Below are positions 50,903-64,000 of a DNA stretch of 64,000 bases, in pieces. Positions within the stretch are counted from its first letter, which is position 1. Each line of letters opens with the position of its first letter. Source of the DNA: Sphyrna mokarran (Eukaryota); contig JAGIQG010000004.1 of assembly GCA_024679065.1 (NCBI GenBank), positions 95,294,001-95,358,000 on the forward strand. Direction: 5' to 3'. The notes beneath the pieces are model-generated. The model had not been told where the DNA came from, did no database searches, and saw only the letters and a list, made by a program, of their open reading frames with translations. A program made the translations under genes and the position numbers.

Positions 50903-52950
50903 GATAGCACATGTAAAGCCTGCTCGGTGTTGATCCTGTTGATGAGTTAGATAAATGTGCGAGACTGGTGAATGGTCTGTGAAGCCCACTAATGCCATTC
51001 AAATTAGACGGTTTACTTAATTATTGAGTTGCCCTCCACTCTGGGTGAGAATCTGATTTGGGGCCATTGGGGTGGGTTGGGTGAATCCTGACAACCCTCA
51101 CACTAGTTAGTGAGTTTTGGCCAACAGTCTATTCATCAGGGCATCAGGATTTCCACAGACTGTCTGAGGGGGTCACAGAATTGCTTCCATAGGGTTGCAA
51201 AACATTCTTATCATTGTCTTATATAATTATTTTTCCCCAATTTTCCTGTTTGTTTGTCTGTCTTGTTGGTCATCAGTTCCTCATAGCTTTTACATGCACA
51301 CATTCACATGCTTTCTATGATGTGATGGCCAGAAATGTACACAATATTCCAGCTGAGATTTAACTAGTATATTACATAAATTCAGTATAATTTCCTAGCA
51401 GTTGTATTCTATGCCACTATTAATGAAGCTTTATTAACTGTTTTCCATTTGTACTGCCACCTTCAATGATCAATGCACATATACACCCAAATTTCCCTGC
51501 TTCTGCACCCTTTTAGGGGGTCATCTTATGAGGAAAACCTGAACAATGCTCCCAATGAGTTACATGCAAATTATCTTTAATTGGGTTAACTATTTGAATT
51601 AGATTCTCACTATCAATGTATTGTCCATGTTAGGCCCTTCCTGCCATGCAATTAATACAAAACATTTTTTTGCTGCCATTGGATTATTAATCTGATGGGG
51701 CCTTTCACACAATTACCCATGTACACCCACCATCTTGTTTGCTCCAATGGTCTCCACTAAATTCTATCCTTAGCAAGTATAGTGATGATGCCTTGTAACA
51801 TACTGGATAAAACCTCTGAGCCAAAAACTCCAAGTTCAAGCCACACTCCAGAACTTGATGGTCAAGGATAGTACATTTAAAACTTAGCCATTTGCACGTT
51901 GATTGTCAATCTGCAAATCCTCCCAATACACCTATGGCAGATAGTAAGAGTAGGAGAGACCTCAGGCCAGCCACATTTGTTGTGGAGTGACTCATTTTGA
52001 GCTACAGCCTCCAGTTTCAGGTTAGTGACCTGTTCCAGGAAAAACAACCTATGAAAAGCAGTTGGAAGGATGAGCTTTGTCCACCTCATGCATCTCTAAA
52101 AGCAGCAAGTCTTCTAAGTATAAGACTATGTATACTGAAATACTGCCAACAATTAAAAATACCTCAGTGACATAAGAGTCATTTATTACATCTGACTGAT
52201 CTTATGATTTATACCTGAAGAGAAGAAAAGAAAATCCAGACATTATGGGCCCGATCTTCAGTCTTAAGAGCAATTAAATTATTAATGATCTCAACCATTA
52301 TCAACTTTAACAGCAATTGGATTTTGTGGTTTCAAAAATACAAGATTCTTCTTAACAGCAGAATAATACATTGTCCTTATGAAACAGGAAGGGGAGATTT
52401 TCTTCTAGCTGTACTATCTGAATGACTAGTAGAGAGTCATATCCTTGAAAAATAGGCTGATTATGATTTTCTTGCCAGAGTCACACTTCACATGATCAGC
52501 CCAGCTATCCACCCAAAAATCTAGCACAAAATATGAGTGCAGGTACAGATTAAAGAGATGTGCAATAGCATTCCTGGCTGCCCCAACATCAGGGTCAGCA
52601 TCAACTTGAAGCTTCAGAGAGAATCTTCATTTATTTGGTACATGTTCACATGTTGGTAGAATGTTTGTTATTTTGTGGTGACATTGGTGGTGCATCTTGG
52701 CAAATGGGTAGATGATAGTATTATCTCTATAATTCTCCATCTGTGGCCAGGGTATCAGAGAAAGCATAATTTTCCCAATGAAAAAGAGAGAAAAGTGAGG
52801 GAAAATGTCATGCCATATTGTCATTGTACAATTCTTAAACTGTTAGTTTGGGAGATAAACCTCAGAACTGATCAGGAAATGGTACACAGAAGAAACAAAG
52901 CAAAACAAGACACCATGATAAAAACAGATAACTTTTGTTTTAGAACATAC

Positions 52951-55900
52951 CTCTTTATGTTTTACATCTAATCTCCCATGGATGTCCAGAGAACCTCTTC
53001 TCAAAGATCTTCGGTGTATTGTATGATTGAATTGCGTTTCTGTACCAACTTTTGGAGGTAGTTCTATATTTATCATAGATGCATTACGAAGTTCTTGCAG
53101 GTCATGGCCAGTTTGTAACAAGCTTATTTCCTGGAGCACCTCAATTGGCTGGGTTTTTATTGCAATAACAGACAAATGATCTGAGATGAGCTCTGGATCT
53201 ATGTTCAGTTTTGTTTCTCGCTTACGTGGGACAATCTTCACGGGTACTTCTTCCCCATCAGAGCCAAAAATTGAACCAAGTGTATCTTCACTGAAAGTTT
53301 CACGAAGCACATTCTCTGCTTCACTTGAAGTTGTATGTGATGTTGCTTCAGTTGAAGATGACTCAGATACCATATTGCTTGTATGATCTGTAGTGACTAT
53401 TTTAGGAATTGGTGGTTCGGTATCAGTTTTTTTACTTAACTTACTTGTACTAGGAACAGCAAATGAAATTTTTCGTTGGGAGGAACTGCATAATTCAGGG
53501 CTGTCTTTTAAAACGTCAATAATATTTGTTACAATTTTTTCTGAAAGCAAACTTAACAGAGAACGAGATGGCTTGGTGAGACATTTCTGCAAAAGCGTAC
53601 TTGCAACACGTGAACAAATGTTAACCACATCTTCCTTTGACAATGCTTCAGTGAATTCATCCAGTGAAAGAGAACTTTCACTTGAAAACTCAGTGCCATG
53701 TGGAGTTGCTGTTTGCTGTTGGATTGCCTTTCTATATTGAATGGCCTTGGAGCTTTGTGAATTCTGATGAGCTGTGTTTGATAATATATTACCTAGAACT
53801 GTTTGAACTAAATTATCTGCTTCACTACTTATGCTTGAGGAACGTGTCCTTTCTGTTGAAGAAGAAGAAGAAGAAAGCTTTTTCTCTGCAAATCCTTGTG
53901 CAATGGTAGGAGTTTTATCTCGAGAGCTAATATTTACAGAAGCTTGTAGTTTGCCAGGTTTTTGTTTCCTTAAATTATCACTGAAAAAAGAAATTTGTTT
54001 GCTATCTTTGTCAGATGATTCCGTAGATGAAGGTATAAACAGCGAGGATGTTGAAGATTCAGAGTAACATTTTAATTCTTGCATAACATCAGAAACAATT
54101 TTTTCTGAAAGCAAATTTAACTGAGAAGAATGTAAACTCTCACTTGTTTTCTCGGATGGTTCAGGAAAAAGTGAATCTATTAATTGTGAAAAAATGGAAA
54201 TCAATGCCTCTGTTAACATCTCCTCAGACAAATCATCTAGTGAAACAGAACTTTCACTAGAATGTGGTTTATGTTCACCTGCCTCTAAGGACAGGAGCTT
54301 TTCAGAAGGAATACTAGCCCATATATTACACAAAACTGATTGTACTAGACTTTCTGCTTCACTGCTTCCTGTTGAATAAAGTGGTTCTTCAGCTGAAGAT
54401 TCAGAAAACTTTCTGTCATCAGAATGTAGTGGACAAGTACAGGGTCCATCATATGAAGTTATAATTTTGGAATCTGATGGCTCAATGGCTGACAGTGTAC
54501 ATACACTCTCTTTGTCAAAAAACATTAATGGGCTGCTCTGTTTGCCAGAAAACTTACAGACATCAGTATGTAAAGGTTCAAGCTGACAAACACATGGTGG
54601 CTCAAAATTACTTTCTAATCCTTGGTAAGTATTTGAAATAACTGTATCTGAGTACAGATTTAACTGAGAGGTATGTGTAGTTTGATCAGATGTAACTTCT
54701 GGTTTTAGTAAGCCTGAATCTGAAGTATGTGACAAACTTTTCGTTCCTTCCATGCACAACATGTTATGAAGTCCATCAACTGACTTAAAGCTGTCATCAT
54801 AAAGTTTAGTGTCACAAACTGATGACATTGCAGGCCATGATGTTACAGTCTCTTTTCGAGTTAATGGACATACTGAATCACAGCTAACGTCATCAGGAAC
54901 TCTATATTCATGTTCCTTATCTTGACATATGCTTTCTTTTTCTTCAAGGTATTGAGGTTGAAATTGAGTTCTAAACTCATTTTCCTCATCTTGACAAATG
55001 TCTTCTTTTTCACTTAGGTATTGTAATTGTGGCTGGTCAAAAAATAAAGCCTGTTTTTTGTATTGCATAATTTTCTGTATTATCTCTTTTGTTACAAGTT
55101 CCAGGAAAAAATCTTGCAGTTCTCGTCTGGTAATATCATTTTTAAACTTATCTGCTTCTTTTGTCCCACATAACTGGTCTAACTGACTCAGATATATACT
55201 ATACTTTACATACTCAGTGATAGACTTCATCACATGGGGTAACAATATTACATCAATATTTGCAGACAGTTTAGGTGCTGAACAGGTGCATTTAGCATCT
55301 TGTTTCTTATATTCACAAATCATTTTTGCTTCCCCACAGACCTGTTTTTCACTTGAGGGTAAGGAACATGTGTCAAATTCATCAAACATTCCAGAAACAT
55401 GTTTGTCAACTCTTTGATCTGATAATGAGTCAGGAGGTTCAGAAACTACAGATTCTGAACATTGATATTTATTTTTTTCTTCTAAGATGAAACGTACTAA
55501 ATTACTTTCCAGATCGTCATTGAGTGTAACACGTGCTTTAACAAATGGACATACTCCACTTTCTTCATTTGATTGCTCAGACTTGAGGACTGAATTAATT
55601 ACATTTTCAATCAACGTTTCAGACATTTTTGTTAAGCCAGCTAGACCTGGCTCATGATAACAGACTTCTGATGATTCCTCAGTCATACTATCCGCCATTG
55701 ATGAAATGCTACTTGAATATACTTTTTCACAAACAGATTCTTGTGGTATACTGAATGATATTCTCTTTTTACTTGTCTTTGAACTACTGGAAGAATGTTC
55801 ACTACAGATTGTTGGTGCAGCAGTATCCTTTGAGCAAGTATCAACAAATGACATTTCACTAATCGTTGTCTGCGAATGGCTCAATTGCATTTCATTTGTA

Positions 55901-58364
55901 GATTCAGAAAAGCTAATAACGTTTTGAATTTGTTCCAAAATAAATCTGACAAGGTCTACTGAAATTAAATGAAAATATGATGCAACATCTTCTGTCCCAG
56001 CATCGGCTGATGTGTTTTGAAAATCCACTGGCTTTCTGAGAACTATCTGAGTTTGCATCAGTGGTCTCACAGAAAGAATTTTCTTGACTTGTTCTGTGAC
56101 ATCATTTATAAAATAAATTGAAGAAAGCATACTAGCAAAAGAAGTATGTTGCGTTGTATTCTTTCTAGCAAATGGACAAGTATCACCAGTGTCTGAATGT
56201 GAATGAACTACAAATGAATCATCCAAAGCATACTTCCTTTCTACCTCTGCAACAACTGCATTCACAAGTTCTTGAGAAACATCATTCACTTCGCTTTCAA
56301 GTGGTATGAAGCTTAACGTGGAATCTATCTTCTCATGTAAAATGTCAATAGTTTTAAAAATAATATCTTGCAAAACTTCTGGAGTAATCATGGCCTCAAG
56401 ATCCTTTATGTGAGAGGAAATCAGTTTTCTTTCACCATCAATAATATTTGTGATTTCCTGGGAAAATTTTTCATCACTTAAAAGCTGTTGTAAGGCAAAC
56501 TTTATGAGTTCCTCTTTCATGCGTCTTGCTGTGTCAGTAGTCTTCTGTTCTGTTAAATCTTTAGAACCAGAGATGAGCATCTCAGTTTTTGTTTGTAATA
56601 TTTCATGAAGTCGTTTTGTGACTTGATCTCCAAATGAGCTGCTGAACTTTCTTCCATCAGGTGGTGTTCTGTTTTGGTTTGTTTCTTGCCCTGATTCAGA
56701 TGTTAGTCCTTTATAGGCTGTTAATGATTTTTTAATTTCATAATAAATAGCATTTAAAAAATCTGGTGAAGTTAGACCTAACTTACATGATTGAGATACT
56801 GAGCTTGCCATATCATTGAACAGTTTTGTAAAGCACTCAGTGAAATCTGAAGTACTGCCCGATGTCTCTGATGATTTATCGGCACACAACTGTTCCCTGT
56901 CAAATTCAGAATTCTGTTCAAATGAATTTAGTGAGAGACCAATTACTTTTTTGATGTGGTCTAAAACAGTTTTTGTAGTATCTTCTGAAACAACATCGAG
57001 GCAAGAATCAATTAATTCAGTATTGGATTTATCATCAATCAATGATGTTTCTGTATACCTCCTTTTTTGCCCTGTAACCATTTCTGAAATTTCACATTTA
57101 AGTTGAGTAGTAAGTAATTTTATAAGTTTTTCATCAATGACGTTGAACGATTCCTCAGATTTATCATCTTTGTGGTCAGGTTTATCATCAAGTGAATCAT
57201 TATGAGTAGGTTTTTGATGTGGTTTGCTTTGGACAGCAATTTTCTCTGTTTTTTCATCTTTTATTACCTTTATCTCTTTTACATTTTGGAAAACCGGGAA
57301 CTTTTCCACAGCTTGATTAATGGAAGGTTTTTTGGAAACACTGGTTTTCTTTTTTGTGATAAGTTTTTTTGATTTTGGAATTGCTTCTGGTAAGCGTTCT
57401 GGTCTGTTTCCTAATTTTTGACTTTCTGACGACAAGGATTTTGTGGGACTAACTGCAATCTTAGTCAAAGATAATCTGCGCGATTTGGGCAGTTTTTTAA
57501 TAATAGTAGTTGGTACAGGAATAATATTGTCTGGAGATCTTTGAAATGCATCATCTGAAAGTGACTTTGTATCTTCTAATCTTGTTGGCTTTCCTTTTAC
57601 AGATACTTCAGTGGTGGGTTTTGGCTTTACGTCTGTTAGGCCTTTTGCAGCCATATTTGCATTTGACTTCTGCATTTTACCTCCTAAAATATTAGTAATT
57701 GACTTCATTACTATGTCAAAGAGCTTCTCATAGTCTGATCCTGGTGCCGTTGAACTGACTGACATACCATCAGCAGGTTGAGCTATTCCAATCTGTGAGT
57801 CAGTTGTGGTATGACTTTGGAACACAAGACATTTTTTTAACAGGCTCCTAACTAGCCCTTCAGCAACTCCAGTTATTAATAACGAAGATATGTGTGCATC
57901 TTGGGGACTTTGCTTCACTGATTTTAAATCAAAGGAAGCTGATGTCATAGATATTTGTCCTGGTTGGAGCCTTTTGATATCAAACTTTCCATTTGATGAT
58001 GAAATAGACGCATCTACAATTACTTTCAAGACTTTGTTTACAATGTCATCTGAGACAAGATTGATTTCTGGACTTGTTACCAACTTGTTTAATTTTGCTA
58101 CAGTTGAAGGTGATTTTATCCAGATCGATTCAATGTGTAATTTATTTGACGTAACGGCATCTGTTATTGCTTTTACTGCATAAGGAGCTTTGTCTTGTTT
58201 CTGAGCAGAAGCTTCTGAGGCAGCTGCGATAGGAGGCAGAATCTTATTTGTCATCAGATCAGCCTGTGACAAATTGTTAGGCCTTTGTTTCACAGTTGCC
58301 ATTTTTCCAGTTGAATCAACAGTACTAAACTGTTGATGGCTTCCCAAATCAAAGTCAGTTTTCT
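52951..58364 (-). CDS. fsip2: FSIP2-like gene, giant internal coding exon (5414 nt, ~1804 codons)
   Basis: Uninterrupted 1834-aa S/E/K-rich ORF (52843-58347). Acceptor tctctttccttgaacag|AG at 58364 lies just after an in-frame TGA. Donor GAG|gtatgt at 52951 (phase 0). The C-terminal ELISDHLSVIAIKTQPIEVLQEISLLQTGHDLQELRNAS...GRLDVK resembles the mammalian FSIP2 C-terminal domain as I recall it. Confidence 0.88.
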
Positions 58365-58977
58365 CTGTTCAAGGAAAGAGATCAAATGTTTCAACCTTAC
58401 GTCCATAACTGTATTTGAAAACTCAATAATAATTAGTGAATCAAGTAACATTAAGACTATTTCACAAATAGTACTGTAGTAGATTAACACCAACATAATA
58501 GATTAGTCTTCTTTGAATCTCAGACAGTAAAATTAAACACAACTAATTAGATGCCTGAGAAAAGGTTTATGAAATACATTCAATTCAATGGAACATGTAT
58601 GTTAGTAACAGGTATGTCAATTACATCCCCTTACAATAGTGGTAGCCCTGGAAATGAGATTTATTTTAGCATTTTGTTGAATATAAGTTATAATGTATAG
58701 GGATTTGTATAGTTTTATCCATAAACAATTATAGATATGAAAGTTTAATGTCTGTTTTTGGTAAGTTATTGGAATCCATTAAGGGCAGAATGGCTGAGCA
58801 TTATGAAGAAATATGGGATAATTATAGTGAAAGTCACTATGGATTTCTCAAGGATAAGGCATGTCTAACAATCCTAGAATGAAACAAAATCCTGCAGATG
58901 TTACAAGTCTGGTATAAAAACAATACACGTTGGATAAACTCAGCAGGTCTAGCAATATCTGTGGACAGAGAAACAGA

Positions 58978-61900
58978 AAGTGGAATTTCACCACCTTGCC
59001 ATACTTGGCACAAATGGTGGCGATCTGACCTGTGAAGCTAAAACTCTAATTAGCATCTGGCATCCAAACGATTTATGATCTTCCCACCCCTTTCAGAGTT
59101 GCGCAAATGCATCATGTCCAGAAAGTGCACAAGATTAATTTGCAAGATATTGATTGGATTTCAATATCATTAGCAAGCTCAAGATGCAATTGCCCTCTTT
59201 CCAGAGACTACCCATCTCTCCAGCATGACCTCATGCTGGCAGCAATCAGTACAAATTTTTAAAAGTATTGCTAAGACACAGCAGTAGTGAAGGAGAGCTA
59301 GCAGATGAATACTGCTGAGCACCAACCTTCAGGCTGCAGTGGAGGCGATGTCAGCCTCTGCCGTAGTGTGAGACGGAGTGGAGGCTTGCATGGATGCGGG
59401 GAAATTGAGGGGGGCTTGGGATTGTCATAGATCAGGGTTGCCACTGGCTTGGGGCTCATGTTGTGTGCCTCTCCTGGCCACTGAATGACCCCTAAGGGGT
59501 TGCATATGATGTCAAGTCCCAACTAATGCTGTGCAGGTTTCCCTCCATCTATTTACTGGAAAGGCTCTGTTATGTACTGCGGATATTATATTCCAGGACC
59601 AATTAATAGTAACAAGCACCAGGCCTGAGACTTGTTGCCCCAATCAAGGGAGCTCTGCATGCCTCCTCACACAGCATGAATTTTGCATTGCTCCCTACAA
59701 TGACCACCCATCGCATGAAAGTCACAAGTGTTCTTCTCCACTGTTGGCCTGTACTGCATGCCATTCCCAGAAGCCATGGTGGGTGCACATGAGTCTATGC
59801 TTCAAGGGTTCTCATTGAGGACCTCCTCATAGCCACCCTTATGCTCTCTGTGAAATTTAGAGTGCCCCGTCTGCCACATGCTGTTATTAACGACCTGTAG
59901 CATTAGAGGTTTGTACTAGGGGAGTTACTCCCACTGCTGGGACTGCTTGATCATAGAAACATGGAAATCATAGAAACCCTATAATACAGAAAGAGGCCAT
60001 TTGGCCCATCGAGTCTGCACTGACCACAATCCCACCAAAGCCCTACCTCCTTAACCCCACATATTTTACCCAATAATCCCTCTGACCTATGCATCTCAGG
60101 ACACTAAGGGGCAATTTTTATCACGGCCAATCAACTTAACTCGCACATCTTTGGACTGGGAGAAAACCGGAGCACACAGAGAAAACCCATGCAGACACGA
60201 GGAAAATGTGCAAACTCCACACAGACAGTGACCCAAGGGGGTAATTGAACCAAGGTCGCTAAAGTTGTGAAGCAGTAGCGCTAACCACTGTGCTATCGTG
60301 GTGGGCTAGCAGAGACTGGAACAGAAGAAACCAGACTGGAGATTCCCACATCAGGTGAGGCCAATGACCTAATGACCCTGACTGCAGTTTTGAATGAACA
60401 TTTGGCAGTCAGGGGTCTGGCATAGGTGCTGGGAACTAGGAATTGCAGATTCAGTAGGCTGAAGAGTCTCTGACACAGAAAGATGCTCTGAGCCACTATG
60501 GATATGACTGGGATACAAGACTCCCTGGCTGGCAGGGGAGGGCGGTCGCAGATAGATGAGTCACAGATATGGGATGCAATAACATTTAATAGTGATAATC
60601 TACAGAGCAATTGCTCAACCCCTATCTACAGTGTCTGCTTTCACACATGCTCTCTTTGTGAATCTACAACTTTTTAATCTTATCTTGCCTATACTACATA
60701 TAGGCAACCTTTCAGTCTGCATATCATTGGGGAAGGTGGTCAGCTGTGTTCTGCATCTCTTGACTGCGATCCTCTTGGCAAGGGCCTCAGAAGAACAGGA
60801 GTCTGGGAGCCCTTACTGACTTTCAGGTATCATGGAAGTAGCCTGTATCCTGTACAGCCCGCTGCCTGTGAGATGCACGGGTGTCAGGGAGGGGGGGAGA
60901 TTTGGAAAACTGGGCACTGGTAGTGTCTTCTGGGTTGAAGGCCCTGGCATGGGCTCCAGCTCTTTATCCTTCTTTAGAGTGCCTGTGGGCCTCTAGGACA
61001 CTCCGTGGGATGGAGGGGCAGCTGGAGTGAACTCCAGAAACCTCTGTGTTACCTGGCTCTGCCAGTCCTGGAGGCCCAACATTGGCTGCACCATGGTATG
61101 TGAGCCTTCCATGATAGCCATCTGAGTCTGGACCAAGTTCTAGAACTGCTTGCAATTGCCCAATGTGACTGCGCCAAACTCTGAAGTCCCTCCACAAGTG
61201 TGACTGGGGCATTTGCTCAAGGCTCGCTGTCATAGCTCTCTTGTGTCTCTGGCATGCTCCCAAAGCCATCAGCCATGGTCCACTGAGACTGGGCCACACA
61301 TGACCACCATTTTCTGCCCCAGATTTTCCACTGCAGTCACCATCCTTGTAGTGTTGACCTGGGTGCCACACAATGGTGGCACCATCTCTTTCTCCTGAAG
61401 ACTGTTGAATTCCATCAAACAGCCTTACAGATGTCAAATGTCGTTGGCATCCCTCCTGCAATTCCAGCTTTGCTCTGGATCTCCAGCAGCTTCTGTAGAC
61501 CTGTTCCCAGTGCCTCAGCAACTGTCTGGAGCCAACTGTCTCCCTGGCTCTGCCAGACCTAAAATTGCAGTGGAATGCATCAACAGTTGTGTGGCCATCA
61601 CCAGGAAGTGCCCCAGAAGCCTGACTGCTGAAATATTCCACCAAGGTGACTCTATATGCACCAGTGGATGGTGCAGGTGATACCTATGGCAACTGTTTGG
61701 TGCTTTTCTGCGAGGTTCCCTTGGGGTGTCGCAACAGGGGAACCAACTCCTGAGAGCCCGGCTTCATCAGGTCCTGCTCCTGCAAAAAATGACACATGGT
61801 TCAGTGCAAGGAAGCAACAGGTATCTGGGCAGATTGCAACTTATTTCAGAAAGGCCACATGATGAAGCTTTTGTGGTTCTTCACTTCTGTAGTGCACGGC

Positions 61901-62769
61901 AATATTACTGTCAGTCGCGGCTCTCTCATTTGCCTCCCCTGAGCTCCATCGCTTACTCCTCGAATGGGAATCAAAAAGACACAGCTAGAGTGGGAGTCAA
62001 GAGGACCCTAAGACCAGTCTTCTCTTGCTCCTTTCAATGATGCGCCATCTTATTCTGCAGAGATAAAAGAGGGTGATTGAAAGTCTGATGGTTGGAAGAC
62101 CTCAGAATTTTGGAGAATGGAGTGGGGAGGTGGTACTTCTTGGCACAATATCACAGCAGTCTGGGATTATAATTGGGGGTGCCAGAGAGAGATCTGGAAT
62201 GATGCTGGGGTGTGGGGGCTGAGGGGAGATACTGAATGCTGGATGACCACTGTCTACTGGGAAGGGGTGTTGGTTGAGGGGCGCTGAGACATTCACTCAC
62301 CTTGCTGCTCAAACAAGGTTGTTCATTTTCCTGCAGCACTGAGCTCCTTGTCAGTATGCAGGCACTGAATGCCTCAGCTACCGCATCTCAGGATATATTA
62401 TTGTCCTGGCTTCTGGGTCATCTGCCTTCTCGGGGGTACAAGATGGCCTGCCTCTCTTTCACAGTGTTCAGCAGCCACCTGAGCTCTTCCTCCGTAAACT
62501 ATGGGGCGGTCAATATGCTGCCATCTTCTTGGCATGTCTGGTGGTTCATGTTTAAATGGAGCTCTGTTTGCTTAATGGTGCACAGCTGCGGCCAACTGGG
62601 CTGAGTTACTGGCCTGGAGCCTTGATGATGGCATGTTCAATGTAACGGATCTTTTGGTATACTAAATGTCAAAAGATCATGATGCAGAGCAGGCCTCAGA
62701 AGCTGGCGCAGATCACTCCATCATTTTTGCTGTTTTGACACTCAGAAACATTTTGGGCTAATTCTGCCC
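58978..62769. mobile_element. Decayed PIF/Harbinger DNA transposon with convergent transposase (+) and spliced Myb/SANT (-) genes
   Basis: Ends gtggaatt / aattctgccc. Minus-strand Myb exon DAVAEAFSAC..CRKMNNL..|gtgagt (~62295-62500), next exon ctgcag|NKMAHH*KEQEKTG (~62055). E*TFG transposase relic at ~60395. Confidence 0.65.
59948..60305 (-). mobile_element. HE1 V-SINE with CR1-like tail, inside the Harbinger
   Basis: catagaaa tail, V-core, B-box and A-box head (ctaaccactgtgctatcgtg). Confidence 0.9.
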
Positions 62770-63079
62770 AAAGTTAACGTTTCAAGTCCATATGACTCTT
62801 ATAACAATCTTAATTGAATTTTCTGAGCTAAGATAGCAGACAGCAGTTTATCCATATAGTTTACATAGGCTTCCAGAAAGCAAGGATTTCATAAGGTTCC
62901 GCATAAAAGTGAACTAAATTTCAAGCACATGCAACTTGAAGGTAAGTTTTGATCTGGGGTAGTTGAATGAGTTTGATGATTGAAATAGAAAGCAGGAAAT
63001 AATGGGTTTGCACTCATATTGGAAGGAAGTGGCTGGTAATAGCACCAAATGATCTGTGCTGGAACACTGGAACAATAAA

Positions 63080-63595
63080 TCTAGATCCCATTTTTTTAAA
63101 AATTTGAGTGCCAGATCTCCCTCCCTTTAAAATCCACATCATTCAGCTGATAAGACGGGACGTGGATTATGTCTGTGGAAACGGTGAGATCAGCAGCAAA
63201 AACCCATGTGAATGTCCTGTAATAGTCAGTCCTCATTACCCTAATGGTGTTTTTGGATGAATGCTTGGAGTACTATGTCAGTCAGGGTACACGTGCTTCA
63301 AACTGGGGATCACAGTCTCAGTAAGCCAAAGGGCTTCTCTCAACAGAACGGCACTCTAAGCCTCAGTCGAGGTAATGATCAACTCTGTGGAAGGTGAATT
63401 ACAGACAGGAGAGGCACAGCTGTGGGTTGCAATAACATTTATTAGTGAATTTTAACAGTGCATATTACCCTATCCCTAACTATAGTGACGCTTTCACTCT
63501 TGCCTTCCTGGTGATTCTACAACTTTTTAATCTTCTGTAGCCTATCGCTATGTCTCGGTGAACCCCTAAGGACGCACATCAGGGGTGGAAGCAGT
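63080..63595. mobile_element. Second Harbinger fragment
   Basis: 63425-63560 resembles 60572-60710 (gcaataacattt...tctacaactttttaatctt). Confidence 0.45.
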
Positions 63596-64000
63596 CATAG
63601 AAACATAGAAGCAGGAGTAGGCCAATCGGCACTTTGAGCCTGCTCTGCCATTCATTTTGACATGGATGATCATCAAATTCAATAATATCCTGATCCCCCA
63701 CATCTTTTGATCCTCTGAAGCCCAAGGACTATATCTAATTTCTTCTTGATATCAGACAACGTTTTGGCCTCAACTACATTCTGTGGCAGTGAATGCTATA
63801 AATTAACTACCCTCTGAGTGAAGAAGTTTCTTTTCATCTCAGTTCTAAAAGGCTTACCTCTTATCCTCAAACTATGACCCCTAGTTCTGGTCTCCCTCAT
63901 CATTAGGAATATTCTTTCTGAATCTACCATGTCTAACCCTGTTAGAATTTTATAAGTTTCTATCTTTTAATCTCCAGTGAATATAATCCTAACTGACTTA
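63596..64000 (-). mobile_element. CR1 3' end (runs off the window)
   Basis: catagaaacatagaagcaggagtaggcc tail, CR1 3'UTR and ORF end. Confidence 0.85.

Larger units (their letters stand above)
58755..63065 (+). mobile_element. Old CR1 RT fragment split into 58755-58876 and 62802-63065
   Basis: ESHYGFLKDKACLT continues after the insert as LIEF..VYIGFQKA..KVPH; duplicated taacaatc(c/t)ta. Confidence 0.65.

Noticed and set aside
53186-58183. Plus-strand ORFs overlapping the giant exon
   Set aside because: Antisense shadows of the coding frame.
52843-58347. Stand-alone intronless 1834-aa gene
   Set aside because: The ORF starts at TTG just after a splice acceptor and its tail runs past a donor into the intron; the conserved motif continues at 16709.
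60964-61644. 226-aa ORF as a host gene
   Set aside because: Lies inside the Harbinger element, in the expected position of the decayed Myb-gene 3' exon.

Overview
Eukaryotic, AT-rich, repeat-dense vertebrate DNA, almost certainly from a cartilaginous fish (HE1 V-SINEs, Deu-core SINEs, CR1, Penelope and Harbinger repeats typical of sharks). The only host gene I can support is a minus-strand FSIP2 orthologue. A 5.4 kb coding exon (52951-58364) joins in phase 0 across a ~36 kb intron to a 675 nt exon (16035-16709), rebuilding the conserved FSIP2 motif RLDVKHKE|VIARNSF...KVELLKDV...RLVAHD. The intron holds a nested stack: a decayed Gypsy element interrupted by a ~7 kb two-LTR, env-bearing class I endogenous retrovirus (37389-44385), a SINE and an RTE LINE. 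The most unusual signal is in the ERV pol gene, where nt 1-116 of U1 snRNA replace the core of RNase H with no poly(A) tail or target-site duplication. This fits capture of a co-packaged snRNA during reverse transcription, and it also leaves a perfect 5' splice site on the host-gene strand. Other features: a Penelope element with inverted ends and a hammerhead ribozyme motif, a four-layer CR1/Penelope-derived repeat/Harbinger/SINE nest, a 1.5 kb minisatellite and a palindrome-of-palindromes. Family assignments come from motif recognition by eye, not database searches, and most repeat boundaries are approximate.
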